64,000 bases of DNA. Source: Octopus sinensis (taxonomy: Eukaryota). The notes beneath the pieces were generated by a model. That model saw only the letters and a list, made by a program, of their open reading frames with translations. It was not told where the DNA came from and ran no database searches. Below are positions 1 through 12,743 of the stretch, piece after piece. The stretch is taken from positions 208,012 through 272,011 of the forward strand of contig NW_021836127.1 of assembly GCF_006345805.1 (NCBI RefSeq), in the 5' to 3' direction. The first letter of the stretch is position 1, and each line of letters starts with the position of its first letter. The translations under genes were made by a program, and so were the position numbers.

Positions 1-336
1 CTCGTGCTAATAAGGCTGAGCTTTCGAAGTGCCGGAAATATCAGTCTTTGATGGATGACTTTTGGTTTTGGCCAATCGTTGTCGAGACTTCCGGCGTCTT
101 TGGCTCCGGGACCCTCACTTCCCTAAAGAAATTGGGACATCTTTGTTCTTCGCGGTCCAAGGACCCTAGGGAATTTACTTTCCTCATTCAGAGGATCCTG
201 CTGGCTGTCATGCGTGGCAACAGCTGTTCCCTCCGTCTCGCTGGGAGAATTTATTAGTTTGTTGACTTTACTTAGTAGTTTGACCCTAACATCAAAAAAA
301 AAAATATTAACTAAAAAAAAAAAAAAAAAAAAAAAA
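1..336 (+). mobile_element. 3' end of a CRE-like non-LTR retrotransposon (restriction-like endonuclease C-terminus) with poly(A) tail
   Basis: Translation KYQSLMDDFWFWPIVVETSGVFG...DPREFTFLIQRILLAVMRGN is the RLE C-terminal motif repeated in many other copies in this window; A-runs at 294-336. Confidence 0.8.
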
Positions 337-399
337 GGAGAGAATCACTGACTACCTGGATTCTTAGTTATTATTAAAAAAACGTTCACAGAACCATCG

Positions 400-975
400 A
401 ATACAAATTAACTAAGTCCCGTTTGTGCCACACGTTTCAAGATTGTATTCACCAAGTCCTACCACTTTTAATTTATAGTACTGTCATTCTGTCATCAAAC
501 CTCCACATTCTGTGAATTCTCCTAACAAGACAATGATTAGCACGCGGTTGCGCACGTTGGTTTCTATTAGTGTGTTGCGTTGGCCACCAGAATCACCTAA
601 TCTAAGGATTTCCTTCAGATGTATGCATATGTCTGTTGTAACGGAGTCGTTCTACTCCCCTTTCCGAACATAACGGCGACGACTCAGACTTGTGCACATT
701 CCCTGTTGGATCTTGCAAGGAAAGGGTTTTCTGGAGACAATGATCTTCTTAATTAGTTCGGATACTTGTTCTCTCATTTTCTTTTTTTCTCCAGACAATG
801 ATGGATATCAAAGGTAACTCCGTAGTGATTGCATTTGGAGTTTAGAAATAGAAGTTGCATCGTTCACTTTTGTCTCTTGAAGAGTGGAAATAGTGACCTT
901 ATATGATGTTAAGTCGATTATTAGGTTCTCCCTTTTTTCTTTAAGCCTCGAACGTTAAATTACGCCAAAGTGAAC
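400..975 (-). mobile_element. Decayed APE-type endonuclease of a LINE (RTE/L2-like)
   Basis: Minus strand reads FNVRGLKKK...TISTLQETK (N-terminal APE motifs) and later VVGLGEYN; several stops and frameshifts. Confidence 0.65.
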
Positions 976-1230
976 AGATTATTCGAAACGTGTGAAAAAG
1001 ACATGACTTTAAGAATCACGTTACCGTTTGACCAAGAAATAATTCTTAATTAAATAATTTAGAATAGAATTTACATAATTAAGTCATAATAAAATTTATC
1101 TATTTAGTTCATGAATATTTTAAATTAAAAAAATATTAAAAAGAAATAAATTATTAATATCTAAAATTGGTGTTTTGCAAGTTTTGGAAGGAACTACGTG
1201 CTTAAAAATATCTATCTAGTGATTTTTGAA

Positions 1231-2427
1231 ATGTTAGTTTTACTTATATTGTTTTCAGCTACAACTATGCACATAAGTAAGTTTAATAATTAGGTTTGTT
1301 AGATTTGATGATTTGGGAAAATAAAACAATTACTAATAACCCAAATTGCTTTAATTTAACAGGTAAGAATTTCAAAATAAAATATTATTTTTAGAAGTAT
1401 ACGAAGAAGTATATGCCAATCGTTATAAATTTGCAACAAGATTTTGTGGATATACAGAATATCACATTTACTACAGTGGTTTGGAATTTTTCAAATATAA
1501 TATAGAATTTCCACACGCAAATTTTTATATTAAAGAAAATGGAAACAAGCAGGCTTGCTTTGAGAGAAAAGATTATGGATATTCACTTGAGAGTTTTATA
1601 TTAATGGTTGATATTTTGAATTTATAATTTAAAGATGAGAAATGAACTTGATTATGGATATACGTATCCCAACAAAACAGTCGATCTAGAAGATGTTAAT
1701 GATTTTTCTTTCACCTATTGGCTATTCCCAAATAAAGATACTATTTCTTTCGGTATTTTATATAAGATTAAATCTAGTTTTTCCTTACGTTCTTAAAGAA
1801 TTGGAGATAATTTACTATCAAAACAATTTTTTCAATTTCTATTTAAAAACAAAAATAAATGAATTTAGTTCGGCTCGTATTTGTACTAATATCGACAACT
1901 AAACTCGTTGTGAATATATCGAAAACAGTTTAATCTTTTTAATATGATATTTAGATACTGTTTCTATTCAATCATGGAATTCAAAATTAGACGAACTATT
2001 TGTAACTCTAGAATTTAAACTAAAACATGGTCTTACGGAACACTATTATATAAATAAATCAATTAAAAGAAGTGGAAAATATCTTCCGGAGAACGAAGAT
2101 AATAAAGCCCTTTTATACAGAATCGAGTCAGATTAAATAGAATGGAAACAAAATATTAGTTCCCTAGAAAGAACGGAACCATCTTGGATAATAGTACCAA
2201 AGATAAAAGAAAAAATAAAAATAAAATGTTCTTTTGATTGATAATATTTTAGATTTGTATATATCTTTAGTAATATCAACTTTTGCAGCAATTGTTATCG
2301 TTATTTCATAAATAGTAATCCAATATTTAATGTAATAGTTTTAATATACTGGATCAAAAAAAGAAAAGAAAAACAAATGTATGAGAAAATAAATAAAACC
2401 TTATCTAGATTTTCAATTAATTATTAA
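1231..2427 (+). pseudogene. Orphan type I membrane glycoprotein, about 7 exons, with two in-frame TAA codons
   Basis: Manual splicing of short GT-AG introns gives signal-like MLVLLILFSATT, an ectodomain with several N-x-S/T sequons, a hydrophobic segment LYISLVISTFAAIVIVI..LIYW and a basic tail IKKRKEKQMYEKI. TAA at 1900-1902 and 2134-2136; one 1-nt indel near 2305. Confidence 0.6.
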
Positions 2428-2882
2428 CTAATATATATAAAATTTGTTTTTAATTTTGTTTTTAGGGTCTAATTTTTGCAAAACTTTTATTTTTTGTATT
2501 TTTAAATTCTTAAAATGTAAAAAATCCTTACAATTGATTTAGTTTAATTGAAATTTAAACTAAAAATAGCATAAAATTATAAAACCTCTTTTTTTTAATT
2601 ACTTTATTTTTAATCCGAAGTTGGCTCAATAAGCATGTCATTTTAAAAAGTGAATATGAATTAAACACTAGATTAAAAGAAGATTGTTCCGTATCTTTTT
2701 TATTTGTAATATGGTTATCTTTAAATTCATTAAGAAATATAAAAATGTTTGTGTTCAAACTAACGGTATAGTCCGTCGTGCCCTACGCTGGTGACCAGGG
2801 TCGTTACCTACATTCATGACTTTCAAAATTTGATATTGATAAAATTTTGTAAATGTACAACTTCAACAACCAGTGACAACTA

Positions 2883-3025
2883 CAGTAAAGTCTTTCATAC
2901 CCGCCACCCTTTGATAACCGGTACAAAAATCTTTATTAAATAGAGAAATCTTGATATTTGCAATTTTTAATAAACGCCACATTTTTAGAAGTCCTATTTT
3001 TTAGCGGATATAAGAGACTTTACTA
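2883..3025. mobile_element. Small Tc1/pogo-type MITE
   Basis: TA|CAGTAAAGTCTTTCATACCCGC at left is an imperfect inverted repeat of GCGGATATAAGAGACTTTACT at right. Confidence 0.6.
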
Positions 3026-4329
3026 AACATATAAATCCTAAAAATACAAACTTAAAAGAAAAACCAATCAATTTATAATCTTTATTCGTTCTACATCCTC
3101 AAGAACTATCTTTTGATCCAAAAATAATTTATATCCTGAGGAGCTCTTTTTATTTTTATGTTACGCACGTGCTGAAATCTTATGATTTCTTGGTTCGGAG
3201 TTCTGCTGAAAAAATTCTTAATGTACATTTCGATAATATTTCCTGGTGTAGGCTAAACTTCCTGTGAGTCACGGAGGTCTGGGCCTCCGTTCCAGAGCCC
3301 TTTAAGTAATTAAAATATAATAAAATATCATACAAATAATAAAATATCATCCTTTTGAATAAGATCTGAATTAGAAATAAAACAGCTCATTTGCCAGAAT
3401 TAACAATGATTGACGAATTAATTAAAATATTATACCAGACTAAAACTGTCATTGATTAGCTTTTTACTTGTAATTTAATAGTAAGAATTAAATGGCCACA
3501 TGGCCATATGGATAGTAATCCATAAACTAAAAACTTGATATGACACTCAAAAGCATCTAAAAAGCACTTTGAAAGCGACCTTCAGTGGTTGCGGGGCATA
3601 AAAAAGAAAAGCCTTAATTTTCATACCAAAAAATCAAATTGGCATGGAAAGTTTGCAAAAACAAATGAATCATATGTTTATTTTACCAACTTCAAATCAA
3701 TAATATTTAGTTTAAAAAATTTTTGACCGTTCGAGCTTTTGAATTTCAGGTCAGTGAGAACGTAGACAATCTGACAAATCTCTCATCTTTCGTTTTGAAA
3801 AAGAGAAGGCTTAGGAAAACAGTACTTTTCTGACAAAAACAGGACTGTCACTGTGAACAAAGGCATATCATAGTCAATGTTCTACAAATATGGTAGTATG
3901 GAATCCAACGCAACGGAAAAACTGGAAAAATTAATTTAAATACAATGAATGCACTTCGAAACTAGCTTAACTAACGGAAGAGAAAAACTGCTTCTTACTC
4001 TAAAGGTCCTCTTTCCTTGACGTTAACAAACAGGCCAGTTACACCCCTTCTCTTCATTGGCTGTTTTACGCGGGAATTGTCTCTCAATCCTGCGAGCCGG
4101 TACTTAATAACTAGCTTATTCCGTTTTCCATTTATTATAGATGTTTAAATATTTATAATCGGTATGAAATAAACTCTCTCAAATTTGCCATTTTTGGTTC
4201 CTGTCAAAGTTGCGACGAATTTAAGAAATGGAAAATTTCAGAAGTTAATCAATAATTTTAAAATATTTATTTAAAACTTCTCTTCAGGTGTAAACAATTT
4301 CAGGTGTAAACAACCAAATTTGATTTTAT

Positions 4330-5260
4330 TTCTTCTTTTTGTTCTTAAAAGTTTTTTAATCTCCTAATTGCTGTAATAAAGACAACATCCTTTTCGTTTT
4401 CAATTTTCTCAAAAAGATCCTTTTAAATTTCACATAAATTAGATGCTATTTTATTCTTGTTGAAGGTTCCCACTTTAATAGCTTCTTCATTGATGAATAG
4501 TATCTCACTTTCATTCAATAGTGATGTTATTGCTCCAAAATCTATCGCATTTTTTCAGAATAATTAATCGAAATAAATTCTCCGTTTACAATAGGATCGT
4601 AAATATTCATATTGAATAATTTTTCTCAACTATGTTCAGATTTACAAACCGTATGAGTATATTCGTTTTTTTGAAGTTTAAAACAATTTTCGATCTTTTT
4701 AGAGAATCCATCTTCCTAATCCATTTTTATAAACATAACAGTGTCTCTAAAGTTCAAATGTTTATATGATTAAAACACCGACATTTTCTTTTTTCAATTA
4801 TCTAGTAAGATACTCCAATTTGTATCGATTCAAACGGATTTTAAACTTTTTAATAATGTCCAATTTAGATTTCCAAACATTTTTGCGCATAACATCACAG
4901 ATATTTTATCTTTGAAGTTTTGTGTATCCTCCGAACAAAGTACTACAGATACTACTAAATTAAATAAGCTTATAGAATATTACAGTTTGATATATATATC
5001 TGATCCCTGGTTTATGACATTTAAAGTTCTTTAAATTCTTCGAACAGCCGTTTTATGTAGACACTTTTGTCAGTAGACATGTTTACATGTAATTTCCTCA
5101 CCCGAAATCCATGCTTTTTCTTAAAATTGGATAAAAATTCATAAGAGTTTTGAAATATTAAAAAAGCTGCTTAAAAATAATTCTGCCTTTCTTGACATTA
5201 ATGCATCGCTCAATAATGCAGTTTTAAAAACCCTAAGATGTACCTTTTGACTGACATCTG
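4330..5260 (-). mobile_element. Degraded pogo/Tigger transposase remnant
   Basis: Minus-strand fragments SDALMSRKA, ISGEE, FKDKISVMLCA and LNFRDTVMF occur in pogo order; heavily deleted. Confidence 0.55.
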
Positions 5261-6529
5261 TATACCGCAACATTTACACTTGAGTCTTGTATATCTACCA
5301 CCAGAAGCACAACGAAGCATGCTGGCAAATAGAGTTTTATTGTTTATTAAAAATAAAAAGTTTCAATTTTCAGTAATTTTTTAAAGACTAAAAAATAGTG
5401 GTAAATTTTGAAATTGACTAAAATTAGAAAATTTCTTAAAAAATTGGGAAATAAAGAATTGGCAAATTTAATACAGTTTATTCTTAATTTATCTCCAATG
5501 AATGACAATAACCAAAAATTTTTTGCCCTGTAAAGTATATAGGTCATTCTTTTCGCCAGCGTAGATCGGGTCATTGTTGATATTTAGAAATTGAAAGAAA
5601 TTAAGTTTTAGTAAATTTTTGTTCTCAACATAATGTCAAATAAAATAAAAACACTAAAATTGAAATAAAAAAGAGTAGAAATAAAAAAGAATTACCAGAT
5701 TTAGTCGTATTGCCACATTTAATCAACCTTATATACGAACTAATTCAGTGGTCAATCTTAAATTTATAGAAATTACATATAATTAAAAAATAAGAGAAAG
5801 TTTTAATCTCAACCTTTCTCTTCTACCCAGCCTGGCTGTCTCAATCGTCCTCACGTGAAGGGCCAGCCAAAAACTAATCTAATCAAAATCAACTCTCATC
5901 AACCTCTATGATGAACTTACACCCACTGTTGGATCTTTATTTGTCAAAATCAGATATTTCCGTCAGCTTTGATTAGTCTGGAAAACAATTTACGTCCGAT
6001 ATCACTTCAATCCTGTTTCCGAAAACTCGAGAAACATCCCCACTAATTTTTTCCTCAGAATCGAACTAGGAATATTGAAAGCTTGCAAAAATATTAGTGT
6101 CTAAATTCACAAACATCATTATTTTAGTACAAGATGATAAAACCTAGTAAATTAGGACAATCCAGTTGTTAGGAAGTAAATAAACAACAAAAAGACGGGA
6201 AATCAAAAAAAAGCTTAATTGAATCAAGATCAGGTGATTTACACGACCAATCAAAAATTTTATATTTTCTAATATTTTATTATAACTTTCAAAGTACACA
6301 AGTATGGGATTATCTTGTAAATATTAATGAATTTAACTTTATTTTTTAAAATTTAATGTATTAAGAACATGATTCAGCGACAGAGATTTCATTTTAAAAG
6401 TTTTCCTCTAAAGAATTCAATTTACAGACTAGAAGTCCATAAATTACTTATTACAATATTTAATCAAATTAGATATTAATTATTTTATATTAATAAAATA
6501 CTAAATCCACGTGTTTTGATTTCATTTTT

Positions 6530-7500
6530 GTTGTATCTTTTGCAGTTACAGTTCCGGATATTACATTTCGGAGATTCGGCTGCATACATTATTACTGATG
6601 CATTATTATGTTATCAAACAAAATTTAATATAGATTATCAATTGGAAGAGATAAAATGTTTTCTATGCTTAAGGGAAAGATATATAGTGCAACTCGGGAA
6701 GAGACTAGCAAAATAATTGAAAAATGTGCTCATTGTCAGGTATTTAGTTAAATTATTCGATTTCAGTCCGAAAATTGCTAGCTACAAGGCCGGTTATCAC
6801 TCCTATTATTGCAAAAGGCCCAAGAGATAGATACATTGCTGATTTGATCGATTTAAGAAGATATTCAGAAATAAATAACACCTTTAAATGGGTATTACAA
6901 TTTATCCAGATTCTCGTTTTGATTGACTCTTTTTCAAAATATGGGGTTGTAGAACTTGCGAGAACCAAATGCGCCACAGAAATAGTGCCTATTATTGAAA
7001 ACATTTTTATGATGATTGGAGCTCCATTAATCTTGCAAACAGATAATGGAAAGGAGTTCAAAAACAATATGATGGAGGAAATGTGTACAAGGTTTGGAAC
7101 TAAGCACATATGTGGAAGATCACGTGCCCCTTGGATACAAGGTCAGGTAGAACGGTATATTTATTTTGTTAATTTTAAGATTTAACCAATCTATAAAACG
7201 ATGGATCTCTTCTACAAGCGCTTCAAATGGAATGTTTGGAGAATATCATGCAATTGTTAAAAGAATTGTCTACGAATATAATTCAAAACATGACACTACA
7301 AAGCATATTCCATTTAACATTTTAATGGAAGTGGGATATGAAAAAAAACTTGATGATTACATTATGCAATCTTTATTGGCTTTTAATGGTAATTATGAAA
7401 TCCTTTTACGATAAGGAGAAAATGAATACAAAGAAGTAGATTTTGTGTATCAAGAAAGCGAAGAAGTAAATAAAATGCAAAAAGACGTACTTAACAATTT
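6530..7500 (+). mobile_element. Gypsy-like (rve) integrase gene with micro-introns, Ginger-type DNA transposon
   Basis: Zinc-finger half CAHC, then RYIADLID, ILVLIDSFSKY, ILQTDNGKEF, RAPWIQGQVERFNQSIK (DDE core). Needs removal of GT-AG introns at about 6740-6766, 6892-6909 and 7155-7179. Confidence 0.8.
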
Positions 7501-7511
7501 GCATTTTATAA

Positions 7512-8275
7512 TCATAATATGTCACATGCCCCACGCGTTACCATTGCTCTAAATTTCTAAAATTTCAATTAAAAATATTTAGACGATTGAAATATATTTA
7601 CTTATTAATTTAAAAATTAATAATATTATGGATTTTTATTTTTCAATGCTTAACCATTAAAATTAAAAAACATAAATTAAGCATGCTGTTTATTGTCGGG
7701 GTTAGGGCTAAGGTAAAGATTAGGGTTAGGGTAAAGGTTAGGGTAAAGGTTGGGGTTAGGGTTAGGGTAAAGGTTAGGGTAAAGGTTGGGGTTAGGGTAA
7801 AGGTTAGGGCAAAGGTTGGGGTTAGGGTTTGAAAAAATTTGAAAGTGCTTGTTGTGATACTGTCACGATCAAATCAATCTTTCTTATAACCGCGTTAATG
7901 TAGAATTTTCGAATGGAGATACAAAGATAGTTTACATGAAAAGAATCAAATAAAGGACAAAATAATTAATTTTAAATTTTATAAACTATCAAATTATGTT
8001 GCTTTAAGCTTTTCACACAATTCACATCATTTAAAATATGTTTTAATGTCCGTAGCAGTCATAATGTTTTGTTGTATTAAAAATATTATTTTAATTTATT
8101 TATTTTAAAGCATCTTTTAGTATATCATTAAATTGTACTCTAATTAACTTTATATATAATTTGAATTTTATTGCATTATGATTGATTTTTTAATTTTTCT
8201 TAAAAATTAAAAATCATATTTCTCAGAGGTAACGAGTGGGGCATAGTAATCGCTGAGGCATGTGACATATTATGA
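7512..8275. mobile_element. Non-autonomous inverted-repeat element with TGTCACA...TGTGACA core ends
   Basis: TCATAATATGTCACATGCCCCACGCGTTAC at 7512 is an imperfect inverted repeat (about 30 bp) of GTAATCGCTGAGGCATGTGACATATTATGA ending 8275; AT-rich non-coding interior; no TSD seen. Confidence 0.7.
7698..7830 (+). repeat. Interstitial telomere-like hexamer array (GGGTTA, GGGTAA, AGGTTA, AGGTTG variants)
   Basis: About 22 six-base units read directly, several being perfect TTAGGG. Confidence 0.9.
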
Positions 8276-8425
8276 CTTATCGAATGATTTCTGCAAGTAT
8301 AGGAGTCCCAAAATAAACTGTATCAGATGTGATTCAGAAATTCAAAAAACTGGATCAAATAACCGACATTCCGGAACTGGATAAAAAAAAATATTGACAG
8401 AGGAAGAAATTTTGTATATAAAATT
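8272..8425 (+). mobile_element. Tc1-like transposase N-terminal HTH fragment
   Basis: MTYRMISASIGVPK*TVSDVIQKFKK...KKILTEEEILYI resembles the Tc1 paired-like domain. Confidence 0.55.
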
Positions 8426-9075
8426 TATTGCAACTGTGATAAACAGGTGGAATGTGCATCTACACTACAACAAATTCGATATAGGAGAGGTGAAGCTAGA
8501 AAAGGGCATATTACAGGGCGACAGTATGTCCCCGCTGCTGTTCATCTTCTGCCTAAAACCGCTGAGTAAAGTCCTCACTGCCCAATTCAAACAAATGTCA
8601 ATTGAACATGAAGGAGAGTGTTTTAGCACCAACCATCTCATGTTCATAGACGACATTAAACTATTCGTTCGTTCTCTAGAGATCCTCCACTCGATGGGCA
8701 ATGTCTTGGAAGGTTTCATGAAGGCCGTGGGGTTGGAGCTCAACTACAAGTCGGCGACTAACACCCCTGTATGGGTGATTTAGTCAAAGTCTTGGAGGAA
8801 CACCAAGGGTATAAGTATCTTGGTGTGGTTGAGAGTCCAGCCTCATTAATCACACCCGAAACGAGAAAGTGTGTAGCGGAGGGTGTGCGTAGTAGGGCAG
8901 CAATGTTATGTAAAACTCGCCTCAATGAACGGAACTTATTTCATGCCTTGAACGAGTACGAGACGAGTGAAATCGAAATCGAGACGAGTGAGTACGATGA
9001 AATGGACCTTATTGTCCGAAGAGTACTCCGAGAGAATCGCATCCATGTGTTGCCAAGCAATAAGAAGAGATTATT
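8425..9075 (+). mobile_element. Non-LTR retrotransposon reverse transcriptase fragment (R4/Dong-like)
   Basis: GILQGDSMSPLLF, NHLMFIDDIKLF, GLELN and GYKYLGV motifs; frameshifted. Confidence 0.9.
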
Positions 9076-9765
9076 TGGTTCCTCCATCTTCTGCTCAGCA
9101 AAAAGTATGGCTTGAGGCGAGATTTACTCAGAGTTCTGGGCTAACCTCCACGCTGATGGAGATGGAGGGCGATCCTTGGAGGGATGTTGCCAGTTTTCCA
9201 TCTCTCTGGTTTTAGGGAGCTAACAGCGACTGGGCAAATATTGACGTGGTATTAGAGAGGTTGTGATGGCTATAAAGTCTATTCTATGCAATGGCAAGAG
9301 TTACAACCGAGCATTTCCTGGTGGCTTCAAATCAGTCAAAAATATGATGATGGCCATACGTATCTGGTCATAAGCGAGGGTCAGAAATGAGAACTGACCA
9401 AAAAGCTCAACTGGCATTAGTCCGAGAAGCAAGAGTGTCTGATGCTTCTGCTTTCATCCTTCTTAATTAGATTTTGCCTTTTCTTTCTTCTCTTTTCTCT
9501 GACGGAGGAAGGTTGCCAGAGTAAGGCCATAGAATCAAACTTGAGAACAACCACAAAAGTGGCTTAGACTCGAAGAAGAGAATCGACTGAAAGCAGACGA
9601 ACTGATTAAAAAGTAATTTACTAAAAAGCATGCAGTGTATCCAGATAATTTCTAACTTGAAAACCAGATTTGTATACTGACATTGACTGTGCCCAATCTG
9701 CACAAAGTCCAAAACAATTAATAATTTTATGTTTTTCTCTTTAAAAAAATATCAGATATAATACT

Positions 9766-10294
9766 AATTTCATTCTCAAGATTATAAAGATAAATATTTT
9801 ACTAAAATGAACAATAAAATAGTACAAAAATCAAAATAGAATATATAGAAATAAAGTTAATTTCAAAAATCAATATTAATGGAGATTAATTAATTGACAA
9901 AATGAAAAAAAATTGCTTGCAAAATGAACTTTAGCCAAGATATTTTACCAGCAGTCGATTTAATTAATCTTCACAAAAATAAAAAACCAAAAATATTATA
10001 AAAATAATACATCGATTGCAAGAAATGATCAAATAAAAATTAGAAACAGAAATGCACAACAACAAAAGAACAGAATATGACGTGCTAAACACGTGTACAA
10101 TTTATCGAATTTAATTTAATAAGTTAAAAACATTTAAAAAATAAAATAGTTAAAATTTAATATCTTCAGTCTGTTTGACATTAACAAAAAAATGTGAATT
10201 TAACCAATTAACATCAATGACAACGTCCGGTGTACAAACATACTGACTTTTTTCAGACAAAAAAGACAAAAAGAATTATCTAATTAATTACTTT
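9766..10294. repeat. Dispersed A-rich repeat of about 530 bp, copy A
   Basis: Collinear and diverged relative to 20285-20823 (shared AATCAATATTAATGGAGATTAATTAATTGA and GAATATGACGTGCTAAACACGTG). Confidence 0.9.
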
Positions 10295-10344
10295 AATTAA
10301 CTATACAAATTTTGGATCAAAAATAGTAATAAAAAGATTTTCTA

Positions 10345-10700
10345 ATCACATCCAACTGGATCTTTATATTGAAATTTGTGTAAATGCATGCCGTAATAAC
10401 TAGTTTGTGAGAAGACACAGATTTACTTAAAACATATTTTACATACAAAGGATTTTCGAAGGCTCTGGACTTAGAAAATTAATTAGTTAATTAGTTTCTT
10501 TTTATTAATAAAGTCATATAAAGGATTCTAAAATAGGATTTCAAATAAGTATTCCTACAACTGTTGATACAAATGATTTTTTATTACATTTAACTGAAGC
10601 ATATGTTCTAGCAAATATTCCATTATATAATCTAAGGAATTCTGTCTCAATACATTTTTTTAACTATTGGATTCAAGTTACCTCAATTATAGACCATTAA
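10345..10700 (+). mobile_element. CGGBP1-type hAT transposase N-terminal fragment
   Basis: NDFLLHLTEAYVLANIPLYNLRN motif preceded by a degenerate zinc-finger-like segment. Confidence 0.5.
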
Positions 10701-10769
10701 TTTGTTCGCCCAATGCATCAATTGAATGTTAGATTGTGGATGGTAAAATTCGTTTTGTAAATGTTGAAA

Positions 10770-12063
10770 AAAACAGCCTCTACACAGCCGCCACCCACGA
10801 CACAACTCTTGGACTCCATGATCCGCTTAGTCGCACACAAAGCGTCGTGGATTGACCTCTCGATCTCATAACAACCAAAATAATTGGGTCTTCTGATTAC
10901 AATGGAGGCAGCCAACCTCGCTTTTAATCTACAAATGGCATTATTGTGACACTACTCAGTAATAAGAATCAATTCATCATCGCCGACCCACTGCTGACTG
11001 ACCTGCGCTGCATTCACAACGAAAGACGACTAAAATGTCTCACTCTCTCCAATGAGGCCATATCATCCACCACAGTAGCTGAATTAATAAATAAACACTG
11101 CCACCTCCAGTTGCTTGGCTATCCGTTTGAGATCCGACTTCAATACTCCCTCACAGGCATAGCATTGGCAGACACGAACTTTTTCAGTCTTCCAGTTTGG
11201 AAGGATCATTCACCATCACCTGCACTCCCAACTTGAGCTTAGACTTCATTAAACCAAAGCCTAAACAGGTGATCTTAGCATTGGCGACAGATTTGACCAT
11301 ATCTGGAATAAAATCACAGAAAACATCACCTACACTCTGCAGTTCACAGCATATCTGTTAACGAGGAATGACTCTCTCACATTCTTTCCATTTGCTTTGA
11401 GGATGTTGATTGCCTTGATGGGCACTCTTGTCTTCCCTCTCACATCCATTTTGACCTTCGAACAGGCTTCCACACAGATTGGGGCAAAAAAGTCAGCATT
11501 TCTACAATTTAGACATTTCTTCATACGGCCCAATGACTTTACTCTGCATCGATGTCTTAGCACTGTTAATAACCACGTCTTATCAATCTCATTCCCCGAT
11601 ATCAACATCCTCTCCTCAATAAACTTACACGCCTCTCTACAGTATTGGGGAATAAAGGAGTATTACTAACAGGCCATTCTGTAGCTGTCGATTATTTAAG
11701 TTGGGTGGGCGTTCATGGCGATTTGTTTTTCTGCGTTTTTGAAGAGTTCTGCTGTGATAATCACCCGGTTTGAGACGGAGAATTTATTTCCACTGATGTT
11801 GTGCTGTCCCCTACTTCTTGATCCTGGAGATTGGCTAATTGGACGAGGATTTTAGCAGCAGGATGTTCCACGTTCATTAATCCGAGTATTGTGGCTCCGT
11901 CGTTGGTGATAGTGGAATCCTAACACCGTCAATGTGGAAAAATACTCCGACCATCATTTTATCAAGATCAATTGGGCCTAGACTGAATTTCAGAAAGATC
12001 CCGATTGCACATGCGGCTTTAACTATTGAGGTTTATTTGGGTTAAATTTTAATTAAATTAATA
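10770..12063 (-). pseudogene. TCP1: T-complex protein 1 alpha (CCT1) pseudogene, main body
   Basis: [98 protein letters not shown]; many frameshifts and 3'-truncated. Confidence 0.9.
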
Positions 12064-12481
12064 CAGTCAAACCCCGGTTAGTCGCCACTTTTTAAACAAA
12101 AAATCAAATTTTATAAAAAGAATTCAGTTACTCGTCAGATTCAGTTACTCGCCACTATTTTTAATTTTTTAATTTAAAATAAAATGGTTTAATTTAAAAC
12201 AATAAAATAATTTCCACATTTATTAACCATGCGGAAGTGTACTCGGTTATCTTTGGAGGAAAAGCAAAGAATTTTAAATTTCATTGATGAAAATAAGGGT
12301 CTTAGCTTAAATCGAATTGCCTCAATTTTCTCGATTATTTTGAAGAAAAAAATTTCCAGAAGATGCCTAAACGATCTAAAAATAAATAAAAGCGAAATAG
12401 CCTCTATTAATCCAATTTTTGGGGGAAAAAGTCGTTTATCTTGCAGAAAATTTCCTGCACTATACCATTTCCTATACTAAA

Positions 12482-12743
12482 TGGGATTAACGTCAAACTA
12501 TGTGGGATTAACGTCAAACAAAGTGGGATTAAGGTCAAACTATGTGGGATTAACGTCAAACTATGTGGGATTAACGTCAAACAAAGTGGGATTAACGTCA
12601 AACAAAGTGGGATTAAGGTCAAACTATGTGGGATTAAGGTCAAACTATGTGGGATTAACGTCAAACAAAGTGGGATTAACGTGAAACAAAGTGGGATTAA
12701 GGTCAAACTATGTGGGATTAACGTCAAACTAAATGGGATTAAC
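12482..12743 (+). repeat. 12 x 21-bp tandem array, left arm
   Basis: Units TGGGATTAA(C/G)GTCAAAC(TAT/AAA)G read directly. Confidence 0.95.

Noticed and set aside
1900-2311. TAA stop-codon reassignment
   Set aside because: TAA ends the beta-adaptin and TBC/TLDc genes normally, their exons need no TAA readthrough once 1-nt indels are corrected, and the third TAA here is explained by an indel.
3241-3300. tRNA-Sec-like gene or ribozyme (hairpin ACGGAGG/CCTCCGT)
   Set aside because: Only a 7-bp stem; no cloverleaf or T-loop could be built. More likely a transposon end.
5820-6100. Minus-strand exon-like fragment with 16- and 25-nt candidate introns
   Set aside because: It contains an in-frame stop and no identifiable family; too weak to call.
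7698-7830. True chromosome end or telomere fusion
   Set aside because: The array is short, degenerate, in one orientation only and enclosed by inverted repeats.
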